64,000 nucleotides of DNA, taken from the NCBI RefSeq assembly GCF_037042905.1, contig NC_087257.1, positions 25,234,001 through 25,298,000 on the forward strand. The letters run 5' to 3'. The number at the start of each line of letters is the position of its first letter. The stretch's first letter is position 1. Source of the stretch: Lytechinus pictus (taxonomy: Eukaryota). Both the position numbers and the translations under genes were made by a program. Of the stretch, positions 24,662 through 37,100 are shown in pieces. The notes below the pieces were generated by a model. It was given only the letters and a program-made list of their open reading frames with translations, did no database searches and was not told the origin of the DNA.

Positions 24662-24911
24662 TTGATTGTCAATCAATCAGAAGCGCGTAATTTAATTTAG
24701 ACTTGCGCTTGACTTTCCGAGTTGTGTTCAAACGGAAGTCTTTGTGCAACAAGGCACACTGATAGACCTGAAAGCGGTTTTGCCTCCACTTGGTAATACA
24801 TTCATTGTTTTCAGCTTATGCTAGATATGTTGCACCTATTTAAAAATTAGGAAATCCCGCAGTAAAAAAATCCTGGATTTACAAAATCCTCTATTCTATT
24901 TATCTTTGCAG

Positions 24912-25174
24912 AAATTGATGAGTTTCTTCTCCAGCAAGCGGCTCTTGCGGAAGAGCACGCGAATAATGATGATTACGATGAGGAGGATGAGGACGAAGAT
25001 GATGAAGACGACGATGATGACGATGTTGATGGTGACGAGGTTGTTCAGTTTCCAGATCGATCACCAAATCCACGGAGACATCCGGGTCTCCTGCCTGGGG
25101 CAAGTCCATTGCAAACACCGCCTTTATCAGGGAACAATGAAGAAAGTGACAGAGAGGAACCGAGCTCGTCATAA
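24912..25174 (+). CDS. KLHL10: Candidate alternative terminal exon of KLHL10 (acidic tail)
   Basis: The acceptor tatttatctttgcag is phase 1 and matches the internal donor GCAG|GTGAAG after 23994. The exon is open to TAA: EIDEFLLQQAALAEEHANNDDYDEEDEDEDD...REEPSSS*. Confidence 0.65.
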
Positions 25175-25654
25175 AAAATATTGATAGATGAAAAATCGTT
25201 CGATAGCGAAACTGATCATGACTTTTAATGGCTGACAATTGTGTGAAAAAAATCCACATGAAGAAGTCTATCTTATTTCAAATACATTTACAGTCAATTG
25301 TAAAAAAATAAAATTAAAAAATTAAAATTAAAATTAAAAAAAGACTGGCCTATAATTTACCGAGCTAGGGGCTGACAAGTTCGTCAGAGCTATAAAAAAA
25401 CCAATAATAATACTTGTGTTTGGTTTTCACAGAATTTTGTATAACTTTCACTCAGTCATGGGCAAAATTAGGACGTGGGGTTAGGGAATCGATTATTTGA
25501 CTTCTGAAGTTGATTCAATTATTGGTAGAGTATCACTGATGGGCAACACTCGTCAATATGAATTCACGATTGCGCAGTTAATAGTTCATATTTTTCCCAA
25601 ATGCCAATTTAAAAAAAAATAGTTGGCGCGCAAATTTACCCTCCACATCATCGA

Positions 25655-25800
25655 GATTCGTGATCATCGTCCTCATCATTGTCCTCCTCGTTCTCCTCCT
25701 CATCATCATAGTCAAGGCATCGTCATCGTTGAACCATCGTCGTCAGCTTCGTCATCTTCATCGCCATCATCATCATCCTCGTCCTCATCCTCTTCAGTCA
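25655..25800. repeat. Degenerate (CAT/CGT/CCT)n repeat
   Basis: Low-complexity trinucleotide run. Confidence 0.8.
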
Positions 25801-26699
25801 CTCCAAATTCACTCCAAAAGATTTGGCGAAAACTTGTACCCCACTATAAAATAATCATGAACGATTTAGTGTAAAAGAAAAGACGATTATTAGGCTGATA
25901 TGCATGTGGTTGTATTTCCGCTGAAAAATAACTTATGATTTGAAGGGGAAAAATCTTAAATGAGTTCGATTTATATCCGAATTTCCAGGTTTGATGCTCA
26001 ATAACTGATCGTATTTTTGTTTCAAAGTTGAAAGCATTGATGATCATCATTAGTTTCGCTACCTAACGATTTTTCACTCTGTTTGGCCGGAAAGCACAAT
26101 TTACGATACGACTATAATGCTGGAACGGAGACATTACGGATTTATGGGTAGGCCTATAGATAAAAACCAAACATGGAAATGATTCCTTTCGTTGGCTTTT
26201 CACGCAATTAAATTGTCGCCATCATGCCCCATAGGATAAAGAGCTCGAGCACTTAGAAAGACACCCTTTGATGAGTGATTACAGTTAAGTGTTGCTAACA
26301 CTGCTCTTAGAAAAATATGTTAGAATTTGATGTTAAAGTTATTGTAAGCCGCCTTATCCATGCTCTAAGTTCTTGAATCCAACACTTTAAATCATTCGAT
26401 GTCCGAAATAATCCCGTATTTCGGGGATTGACTTGTCAGTTTAGACATACAAGTGTTATGTTAAATGTTTGGCTTAAAGTGTGTTTCGTTTTCATTAAGA
26501 GCAAACATGCAGCCAAATCAAATGTTTTTAAAAAAATGATTGGATAATTGATTTCAGAAATATCTAATTTACTTTTTAAATGCCCACATGGATGTCTCGT
26601 ACGTAATTCAAGTTCTTGTTTAAATACCAAAATGACCCTGAATGTACTCCAATAGTGATTTATAGTCGGATCGTAAAGTGTTGTCTCTGCTTCTTATAA

Positions 26700-27280
26700 T
26701 CAATAGGAATGTTTCACTTACATGACGAACGACAGATTCAAGAACATAGAAAATGTATTTCCAAATACCCTTCATGACAAAGTACAACCAAGAGGTCTTT
26801 GTCGAAAATTGATGAATCAAAACAGAAGTTACTTCCTGGAGTACGGAAAAACGACATAATTGCAACTTTTCGTCAGCTCCGAATCTTAGGACGAAACTGC
26901 TGTTCCGGTTTACCAATTTTCGACAAAGACTTCCCAGCTGGTCTTAGTCTTTTGACGGACATTTTCAATACATTCACTGTGTTCTTGAATTCGTCTCCGC
27001 TGCAGTTGCGGAAGCTCCCTAATGACTGCCGAGAACATCTGAACACCCTCAAAGTTTGTCTGGTGTATGTGAAGTTGGGAACAAGAACGTTTGGACTTTG
27101 AGGTACTTCGGCACAACTCGGCAAATGCTCAAGGGCCAGTCTGAGTGTCTGACTCGTTCTACTTCGCGTAGAAGTATCAGTTATGTATATTTGGCTGATG
27201 AAAATGTGTCATTTCTACCACATTCATGTGCAATGACTTATTGGCGAACTTATTCCCAACTTCCTAACATATGTGATAAG
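26700..27280 (+). mobile_element. Possible highly decayed Penelope-like (GIY-YIG) retroelement fragment
   Basis: With frameshifts it reads IPFMTKYN..., FRQxPNLRTKLL, LVY..., YFGTTRQML, resembling the Penelope linker (PFVTTY, RQPPNLR) and GIY-YIG (VY...YIGxT..L) motifs. There are many stops. Confidence 0.35.
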
Positions 27281-27281
27281 A

Positions 27282-28263
27282 TTTTTGTCTCACCTGCATA
27301 GCAGAGTGAGACTATAGGCGCCGCTTTTCCGACGGCGACGGCGGCGGCGGCGGCGGCGGCGGCGGCGACGGCGGCGTCAACACCAAATCTTAACCTGAGG
27401 TTAAGTTTTTGAAATGACAGCATAACTTAGAAAGTATATGGACCTAGTTCATGAAACTTGGCTATAAGGTTAATCAAGTATTACTGAACATCCTGCCTGA
27501 GTTTCATGTCACATGACCAAGGTCAAAGGTCATTTAGGGTCAATGAACTTAGACCATGTTGGGGGAATCAACATCAAAATCTTAACCTAAGGTTAAGTTT
27601 TTGAAATGTCATCATAACTTAGAAAATATATGGACCTAGTTCATGAAACTTATACATAAGGTCAATCAAGTATCACTGAACATCCTGCATGATTTTCACG
27701 TCACATGACCAAGGTCAAAGGTCATTTAGGGTCAATGAACTTTGGCCGAATTGGGGGTATCTGTTGAATTACCATCATAACTTTGAAAGTTTATGGATCT
27801 GATTCATGAAACTTAAACATAATAGTAATCAAGTATTACTGAACATCCTGTGCAAGTTTCAGGTCACATGATCAAGGTCAAAGGTCATTTAGGGTCAATG
27901 AACTTTGGCCAAATTGGGGTATTTGTTGAATTACAGCCATAAATTTGAAAGTGTGTTGGTCTAGTTCATAAAACTTGGACATAATAGTAATCAAGTATCA
28001 CTGAACATCCTGTGCGAGTTTCAGGTCACATGATCAAGGTCAAAGGTCATGTAAGGTCAAAGAACTTTGGCCACGTTGGGGGTATTTGTTGAATTGCCAT
28101 CATATCTCTATAAGTGTATTGGTCTAGTTCATAAAACGTGGAAATAAGAGTAACCAAGTATCACTGAACATCTTGTGCGAGTTATAGTAGTTTTCAAAAT
28201 CAGCACTGCTGCTATATTGAATCGCGTGATGCAGGTGAGACGGCCAGAGGCATTCCACTTGTT
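27282..28263 (+). mobile_element. Helentron-associated/DINE-1-like (HINE-type) non-autonomous element
   Basis: Sub-terminal inverted repeat GTCTCACCTGC (27287-27297) / GCAGGTGAGAC (28231-28241); 5' hairpin gtctcac...gtgagac; (GGC)n microsatellite; about five tandem units of 160-190 bp; T-rich ends. Confidence 0.75.
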
Positions 28264-29789
28264 ATTATTGAGCGGCGATGTTACACCCATACCATCCATT
28301 CTCTGGTACGGCGGCAGCTATTGTATCGGACTAGCTATGTGATCCTTACTTTAATCTCTGCAGACTGAATAATATGTGTTATGGTTATCAAATCAACTCC
28401 TGATCAATCTAGTCAATATGATTGAAATTTGGGGTATTTTAATCTATAATTAAAATTGACCAAAAACATATCTTTCAATAGGAATTCAAATTGACCATTT
28501 TGACGGCATTTCTGTAATTTACTGAGTGGCGAATGAATGTTTGCAAATATTATATTTGTATAGTTTCACCAGGAATCGCCTGTCGTGGTTCGTTAAAAGT
28601 TGCAAAATAGTTCGCTGACCGTTCTTAATGACGGGAACACTTCTTATTGTCACAAAGGTAAACTTATTTCAAAAAAAAAATATATATAAATAAAGTTACA
28701 AGCGTTTGCACCACTCGTCAGAAAAGTATCAAAAAGGGGGAAAGACACGTTTCTTGCAACGTTTGCAAGCACCCGCCGCTCTGGGGGGGGGGGGGAGATT
28801 ACCATCCCTCAAAATACGGACCCTATATGGCAAGTCCGACATATCAAACTGCCTGATTGTCACCCAAAACAAATCATTTAGAATATATGATTTAGCTTCC
28901 CTTAATATATAATTTCCAATTCATTTATGGTTATTAGATCACCGGTGACGGTATTGATTATTGGTGATTGTTCTAAAAGTTTCATGATCAGGATAATATT
29001 GTTATAATTGTTCTGTATTACCTTTTGTTTTATTTTGTTTTTTGTTCTTTTTGTTTTGTTTTGTTATTTTTACATGAAATATTGGCCAAAGCCATGTAGC
29101 TGTTTTGTCTAGAACTGATCAGCAACATTTGTGATTGAATTTGAATGGATTATTTTTGTTACCACATGATCATGCCTGGTAACTCCAAACCGTTCTTTTT
29201 TCAAGTTTATTTAACATTTTCTATCAAAACTAACAAAATCGCCGTACACCGGGGCTTCGTCTTACAAAATTAGACGGGGCCCAGGAATGAGTTGTTGACT
29301 TAAAGGTTTATGAAAGATTTGACACGCATTGGAAAATTGTTTCGAAGCTTTAAATAAGAAGGTGTACGGTGCTTGAAAAAAAATCTTTTGTCATGACATT
29401 GATGGTAAAATCATGCAGACATGTATTTCAAGCCAAATATGAAATTTAAAAAATTAAGAAAAAAAGTATGCGATGCTCTGTCATCAATAAACAAGGCAAG
29501 ATATTGGGAAGTTTGTTAAGTACTTACTACAAAGTTATAGTAATTACTGGATAATAAATGCACCATGGATGTATGTATTGGGATAAAAGTAGCGAATGCA
29601 TGACATATATATTTTGCAATATATTTATTTGTAAATGAAACGTAATAAATTCTTAATGAAAGAAAAAACAGTAAAATGGTTAAACAATTAAATGTTGTCA
29701 TCTATCAAATAGTCATTGGTCGTTGTATCTGGTTATCTGTTAATGTTTTCATATTTTTCTGTCATTTTAATTAAAGAGATGAGAGAGAT

Positions 29790-29960
29790 GCGGAATAAAG
29801 GAAAGGAAGTGAGTGAAATAGACGTTTTACAAGGTAGAAGAGGAGTAAAGGGAGAGAAAGAGGGAGAGAAAAAAAGAAAGAAAGAAGAGAGAAAGAAAGA
29901 AAGAACGAAAGAAAGAAAGAAAGAAAGAGAGAGAGAAAGAGGGAACTAGAGAGAGATGGA
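29790..29960. repeat. Purine-rich (GAAA/GA)n low-complexity tract
   Basis: Visible. Confidence 0.8.
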
Positions 29961-30450
29961 GTAAGAACATGAGCATGGGAATGAAAGATAAAAAGGGGTT
30001 TGGAATAATGATTGCTTAGCAAGAGAATTCGAGCTGCTAAAGGGATAGACATAGGTAGAAAAGTTGTGACTATAAAAATAAAGACGAAGAATTACCATGA
30101 GAATACATTGACTGAGGTGGTGGAAATGTTCTTCCCCGAAAAGCTGAAAAGAAAAATCGGGGGGGGGGGGTCATTCATCAATTAATAAACCGATCGAAAT
30201 TTTCCTTCCCTAAAATCTTACAAGCAAGCAAGCAAAAAAAAAAACACTAAATAAAATGATGAAATATCACGGTTCCCGTCCATCGGACCCTACGATGTGC
30301 CCCAATGATTGTAAAAAAAAAAAAAAAAGAGAGAGAGAGAAAAAACTTGACTGTGATGTAACAATGGCTAATTACTAAAAGCTTTTCCTCTACTTCCTAT
30401 GCGCGCATCAATCTTATGCATTGTGATGTAATTTGATACTTTGAAACATT

Positions 30451-30870
30451 TACCGTGTTTACACTTAATCGGCATTTGAATCGGCTCGCGGTTCTGAACC
30501 GCGAGCCGATTCAGCATCGGCTTTTTCATAGCGTGTAAACGCGAGCAACTTGAATCGGCTCGCGGTTCAGAACCGGCAATTTGCACCACAAAAGTAGTAG
30601 GTTCTGAACCGCGAGCCGATGCAGAATCGGCTTTTTTACTACGTGTAAACAGAAAGCCGATTCTGCACCGGCAATTTGTGCGCATTTCAATTACTGTACC
30701 ATTGTGACGTAATTGTAAGCGCACTGATCCAGCGTTGTCTTTATTATGACGTATATTGTAGGTATGCGTATCAAACCGCGAGCTGTAACAACGTGTAAAC
30801 GCAATCCAAATGCCGATTCTGCATCGGCATTTGGTTCAGAACCAATTGCCGATTAAGTGTAAACACGGTA
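30451..30870. mobile_element. MITE with 3-bp TSD (Harbinger-like), long form
   Basis: TIR TACCGTGTTTACACTTAATCGGCA; TSD ATT/ATT; internal palindromes cggctcgcggttc(a/t)gaaccgcgagccg. Confidence 0.85.
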
Positions 30871-30873
30871 ATT

Positions 30874-30925
30874 GTTGCCATGGTAAGCGCGTGACAGGTG
30901 CATGCGCAGTTAACATGCGCACCTC
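30874..30925 (+). promoter_or_regulatory. Candidate TMEM249 promoter: RFX X-box and NRF1-like sites
   Basis: GTTGCCATGGTAAG (30874-30887, one mismatch to GTTGCCATGGYAAC), then tgcatgcgca and catgcgcac; about 230 bp upstream of the ATG. Confidence 0.5.
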
Positions 30926-31111
30926 CCTCTTAATTTCGCAAGGTTAATTTTGCATGTGTTACGTAACACGTGCGGCGCTCGCGATCGCTAGCGCTAGCCC
31001 AGTTTGTCATGTGATTTGTATAGATAGCGTTAGTGTGAATGCATGTTTTTAAATCGTGTCAAGTTTTTATCTAATTCCATCATTTTTAAGAGAAGTTAGA
31101 ACATTGGAAAA

Positions 31112-34100
31112 ATGAAAAAGGAGATTGTTGGAATATTTGGAACCTGGGACCTGAATTTCTGGAGTCGACCAGAAGATGTTTTTCGAGAAAAACTTGAGGA
31201 GAATCACATTCACCCATTCACGGAGACGGGTCCAAATCGTAAGAAAAACGTAGATCTTGGTCTAGCTTTAATTTTTTTTCAGCTATATCTTAATGATACA
31301 TCTATCGTACATCTCAAGCCATTTCTTACTGAGGAAGGAGATCGTTTTGATCTCGTACAGTGGTGTAATATTGATAATAAGCCAAACATTTTGGATGTGC
31401 CAGGTATGATGGATGCAGAAAAACTACGGTATATTAGACATAGCCTAGTTAACGTTATTTCTTAAAAGCAAAATTTTTGACCTTTTCAAATACTAAATTC
31501 TAGATCTAATGTTTAGCTAGATTTTGACCTAGATCTAGGATCTAGTCCCTAACATTTGTAATAAGAACAAATTTAGAGATCAGACAGGTCGTCAGTCCGG
31601 AAAAGACGGACATGGTTACAAAAACTGTCTAAATATCAGGGGCCCGTTGCAAAAAAATGTTGCCATAAAAAAACTTTTTTTTGGCCAGAGTTTTTTAATG
31701 AGTACCGTATGGGTACTAGTATTCAACCCGGCATAATTCAAAGATTTTGACATATTCCCCAAAATATTGAGAAATAGGGAATTTATCTTAATTTCACACC
31801 TTTGTTATTTCCAGGGTAATCTGTTGTCGATATTTTCTTTGTCAATCTGTCGACTGTATGCGCGGAGGATCGAATTATGCGGCGATGGCCTTTTGCACTG
31901 AATGGTATACCCAGTTGTTGTGTGTCCGGACAGGTTGTGTGTCCGGACGATCAATTTTAGAAAGTCATTTGGAAAAAATTACAAGCGAAGTTTCATCAAA
32001 TTTTAGTACAAAATTTTAGAAAATATTATAGAGAACAAAATAGAAGATGATTACAACTATTGAATTCATATTTTTAGTGTAATCTTAAGACAAAAAAGAA
32101 GGCTTCAAAAATATAAAGTGTCCGGACACCCGATCCCCCATCCTACTAGTATTCAACCTAGTGAGGATTGATAGCAAATCTCAAAAGGGTTTAGATTGCT
32201 AAATTAGATCTAGATCTATGTAAATCTCTGGCTTTGATTAATTCCCTGTTTGGTCTCATCTCAAATGGTCTAGTCCATAGTCGGATGGGACAAGGGCAGA
32301 TTGAGAGATAGGGCCATCTTTCATCGCTAGGTTGAATACTAGTGCCGACGGGTTGAATACTAGTACCAAAATCCATCGCCGTATAATTCGATCGCCCGCG
32401 CACACAGTCAACTGGTTGAAGAAAAAAATAACGGAAAAAGAATAACCAGCATTTGCTCTTGGAAATAAGACGGGTCTGAAATTCAGGTAAATTCTATATT
32501 TCTATATATTTGAGGAAACTCTCCAAACGGGTTGAATACTAGTGCCCCTACGGTAGTACTAATTTTCAATGGCATAATTTTGTTTGCTAGAGTTTTTTTT
32601 ATGGAAAAGTTTTACGCAACGGGCTCCAGGTCGGAGTATTTAAAAATAAGATCGATTAATTGATGAGGTATCCACTCCATGTGTCACTGCAAAAAGTTGG
32701 CTAAGTCCCTTTATAGGTCAGTAGTATGGATTATTCACCTCGCTCTGATCGCTGGCATCATAATTACAAAAGCTGCTCAGATAGTTCATTTTGCAGGTTT
32801 GAATACATAAAATATCAAAAAACTTTGAGCTCGCTCTTGACACTAGCGCTATTCATTGAGAACATTTTTAGATAAAACGAATTAAAAAAAGTCAGTGTTT
32901 AGTTGGAACTATCCTCTCAGATAAAAAACCATCCACAAATATCTGCTTTTAGATTTGGTGTATTCTGGCCGATCGGTGAGAATACACCGCAAAAAGACTT
33001 TTACAACTTAAAATTTCTTCCCCCAGGTATACCGCTCGCTCGCGGAATAGTTATAGCCTATATATACACAACAAAAAAAGTAAGTCCCCCCCTAAATCAA
33101 ATTGCTGTAACTTTTGAACGGAATTATTTTGAGATATGATATTCCGTAGGTGGTTTTCTACACACATTAAGCAACTCCTGGGGAAAAATAAGATTGATCG
33201 GTTGAGTCATGCACGAGTAATTAAAGATTGAATTAAAAATGACCATTTTACTTTTGAACGGAATTATTTTGAGATATGATATTCCGTAGGTGGTTTTCTA
33301 CACTCATTAAGCAACTCCTGGGGAAAAATAAGATTGATCGGTTGAGTCATGCACGAGTAATTAAAGATTGAATTAAAAATGACCATTTTTGAAAGTCACA
33401 AGAGTCGTTTTTCAGATTGTGCAAATACAAAGTTGGGCAAATGTTGTCTTTAGGTGAATGTTATGGTGTTATGCTGTTTTACTATCCATCATTTAGCCAC
33501 TCCACACACAATTTTGATATAATATGTTCATGGTTGAGTGAGCATAATGTATTGCAGGGGCCGCGGAAGCGGGGGGGGGGGGCTGGGCGGGGAGCTTCAG
33601 CCCCCTCCCCCACTTTTTTCCAAAAGTATGTACAAAAATGTAAAAATGACCATACGATTGTGATTTTTTGCATGGTCAGCCCCCCCCCCCCCACTTTGAA
33701 AACCCTTCCCCGGCCCCTGTATTGTGACGTATCATCATAGGGGTTTATGGTAGTATCCTCTACAACTTGTTAGATCATGTTAAAATTTGAAAATGTTGGT
33801 GGCTCCCCCGATTATAGGCCCCTCCCCCATTTAAAAATTCTGGACCCACCACTGATTTGTCCATAAATTAAACTGATCATGAAAAATTGTTAGGAAAAGA
33901 ATACATTTATGCAGTATAAAGAGTATTCATTCCTAAGTTTTCGAATGTGCTCGCTCAACCATGAAAATGTTCAAAGTTCGGAAAGTGCGTGGTGATAGAA
34001 ATGATGGATGATAAAAACGATAGCAATTAAAGTCTTATTTGAAACCGAATTTGCCCCCAATATTCACTTCATTACCCTTTAAAATGAGTCTGTGACATTG

Positions 34101-37100
34101 AAAATACCAATTTTCCCACTTTGATGCGTGCTCAGTTTTTTGCTCAATCATCCATAAATAAACAAATCGATTTCATTTTTGCACAGAATTCTGCCCATAG
34201 GTATGAGGCGCCGAATGTACCAATATTATATAGAACAATTATTTGTTATATAATCATTATTTATTAAATAATAACTATTATTTATATATAATTTACATTT
34301 TATTTGTAAATAACTACTATTATATAAAATATCATTTCTAATTATTTATATATAATTCCAAGTAATACTTCATTATTTGTAAATAATAATAGTTCGACAT
34401 TCCATTATTTATAAATAATGATTATTTGTTTTTCATTATTTATAAATAATGATTATTTGTTTTTCATTATTTATAAATAATGATTATTTGTTTTTCATTA
34501 TTTACAAATAATGATTATTTGTTTTTCATTATTTATAAATAATGATTATTTGTTTTTCATTATTTATAAATAATGAAAAACAAATAATCATTATTTGTAA
34601 ATAATGAAAAACAAATAATCATTATTTATAAATAATGAAAAACAAATAATCATTATTTATAAATAATGAAAAACAAATAATCATTATTTATAAATAATGG
34701 AATGTCGAACTATTATTATTTACAAATAATGAAGTATTACTTGGAATTATATATAAATAATTAGAAATGATATTTTATATAATAGTAGTTATTTACAAAT
34801 AAAATGTAAATTATATATAAATAATAGTTATTATTTAATAAATAATGATTATATAACAAATAATTGTTCTATATAATATTGGTACATTCGGCGCCTCATA
34901 CATAGGTTGATAAACATTACTATTAAATGACATTGCTAAACACAGCCGTGAAAAAAAGTTCCACCATATTGAATAAAGGGTTACTTATTCTTAAACATGT
35001 GCACCCATAATGTACACAAGTCTATGAGAGACGAAGTCAACATTTTAACAAATATGAAATGAGGGTTTGTTTCATGGACGGTTTTTGTTACTTCTGCCAA
35101 TAGTTATTTCATGAAACTTCGTACATGGCTTCAGAGTAACACTATCCAAAAGGCGCGCACACCAAAATAACCATTTGATACGGCACAGAGGCCTTGAACT
35201 TTCTTCTCATTTGCATAATTTTTCAATATTGTGTGCTCACTGATGCATTAAACATCGGGATTTTCATAAAAATCAAATCAAATGAACTATGCAAGGAGGT
35301 TTGTGACAGATATCCATAGTAACAAATTGCATTTTTTCCAATAACGTAAAAAAGAGCTAATCGCATTCCACATGTTCATTCAAGCGTGGATATTTAATTA
35401 AACGCCTTTGAATCATTGAAGCAAATTAATTGGTCATGAACATAACGAAAAAGTTGAGAAAAGATCATTTTCAGTTCCCAAAATGAACCAATACTTGCCT
35501 ATGATATTTGAAAATCGAATTTTTTTTTTCAATAAATGTTCATTGAACCGTGAAACGATGAATATTGTTGAAGAAACTCTTCCAAAACTAACTGTCATCA
35601 TATTCTATCATTTTATTGATATAAATGTGTAAAAATCAAATTATAGCAAATTTGGACTTGTGTTTATTCAACCGTGAAATTTAGCCAAAAAAGTTGTATC
35701 GTCTTTTAGAGAGTACCTTTTACAAGCCTTCTGACTATTTTTTATGATGAGAATGTGGAATTAGTTCCAATAAAATGGAATCAAAGTCATGATATTTGGC
35801 TTGTGACTTTTGAAAAGTGACATTTTTGCCTTCTGACGGTGCTCACTGAAGCATGAAGTGAAATACGTCCATAACGTTTACCCAGAGGGTAGCTTATAAA
35901 ATTACCTACACGCTCATGTAAAAATATATTAAAAACTCGCATTGGTTCGGAAATTATTGATGTTTGTTTAAGGGGGGACTTACTTTTTTTGTTGTGTATA
36001 TATATATTGTATTTCATTATTTATAAATCCTCTTAAGGTGTTTCTCAACTTACATTTAGACGCAATACACAGCTACTTCTGGGTACCGTTTCATCAACAT
36101 TTTCGTCCGTCAAATTGTCAGGTCTGACAACTTTCCTTGATTATGATTGGCTGAGAGGCACTGTTACCATAGTAACTGTCGGATGAAACGTCTGACAAGT
36201 CCTTTCATGAAACACTCCCCAGGGGAGTGTTTCATCAACATTTTCATCTGACAAGTTGTCAGATCTGACATCTTTCCTTGATTTTGATTGGCTGTGAGGC
36301 ACTGTTACTATAGTAACTGTCGGATAAAACAGGACTTGTCGGATAAAACGTCCGACAAGTCCTTTCATGAAACGCTCCCCAGGTCATGCAGGTAGAAACA
36401 CATCTATTTGCAGACAATGCTCGGGGGGGGGGGGGGCTTTACCCCCTCCCTAACAAAAATTTATTTCATCGCCCCTGAAAAATGACATTGCTCTTTTCCA
36501 AATGTTACATAAAATGTTCTTATATTATTCTTAATTTGTTTCATTTCTAATATTGCGGCTTCTCGTATACTTACCATACTGCTATTACATTTATTTCTAT
36601 TTTCAAGGCTTTGAATACGAGTATCGTTCTCGGTGGTTTTCAATATTCCTCATTGCCATCATCCTCGAGGTCCTCGGTGTCTCAATGTGGTATGCCTGGG
36701 GAAACCCCGGGGTAAGTATAAAATGAAATCAAATAGTTATAACATTTGACCATTTTTTTAAAGACATCTGTTTGCAAAATGGCGATTTCTTTTGATGGTA
36801 GTTGAGAAGATCTAATTTTCTCAGAACGGACGAAAAAGTGTTAAAATTTGCCAATGTATTGCACATATATATATATATTTTTTTTTTTTACAAATGCAGA
36901 CGTTACCTTCAAGAAATTAACTATAAAGGGTAATTTTTGTTCGGTTTTTTCTGTTGGTGATATTAGCTTTTCGAATCTTTTGAGAAATGCTATCTTACAC
37001 AAAATATGGTCACGCGCGAATTATGGTCTCACCACCACAAATGAACATTAATTTTCAAATAAAAAGAATAACAAGAAATTGTTAAATATCTTTCGTAATC

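Noticed and set aside
31112-31465. Stand-alone 117-aa ORF or class I glutamine amidotransferase N-terminus
   Set aside because: The EEGDRFD resemblance is superficial; the first 42 codons splice into a colinear TMEM249 homolog.
36900-36930. Extra TMEM249 micro-exon after the polypyrimidine tract and cag at about 36899
   Set aside because: It has an in-frame TAA in the required phase, and exons 2 and 3 already join in frame.
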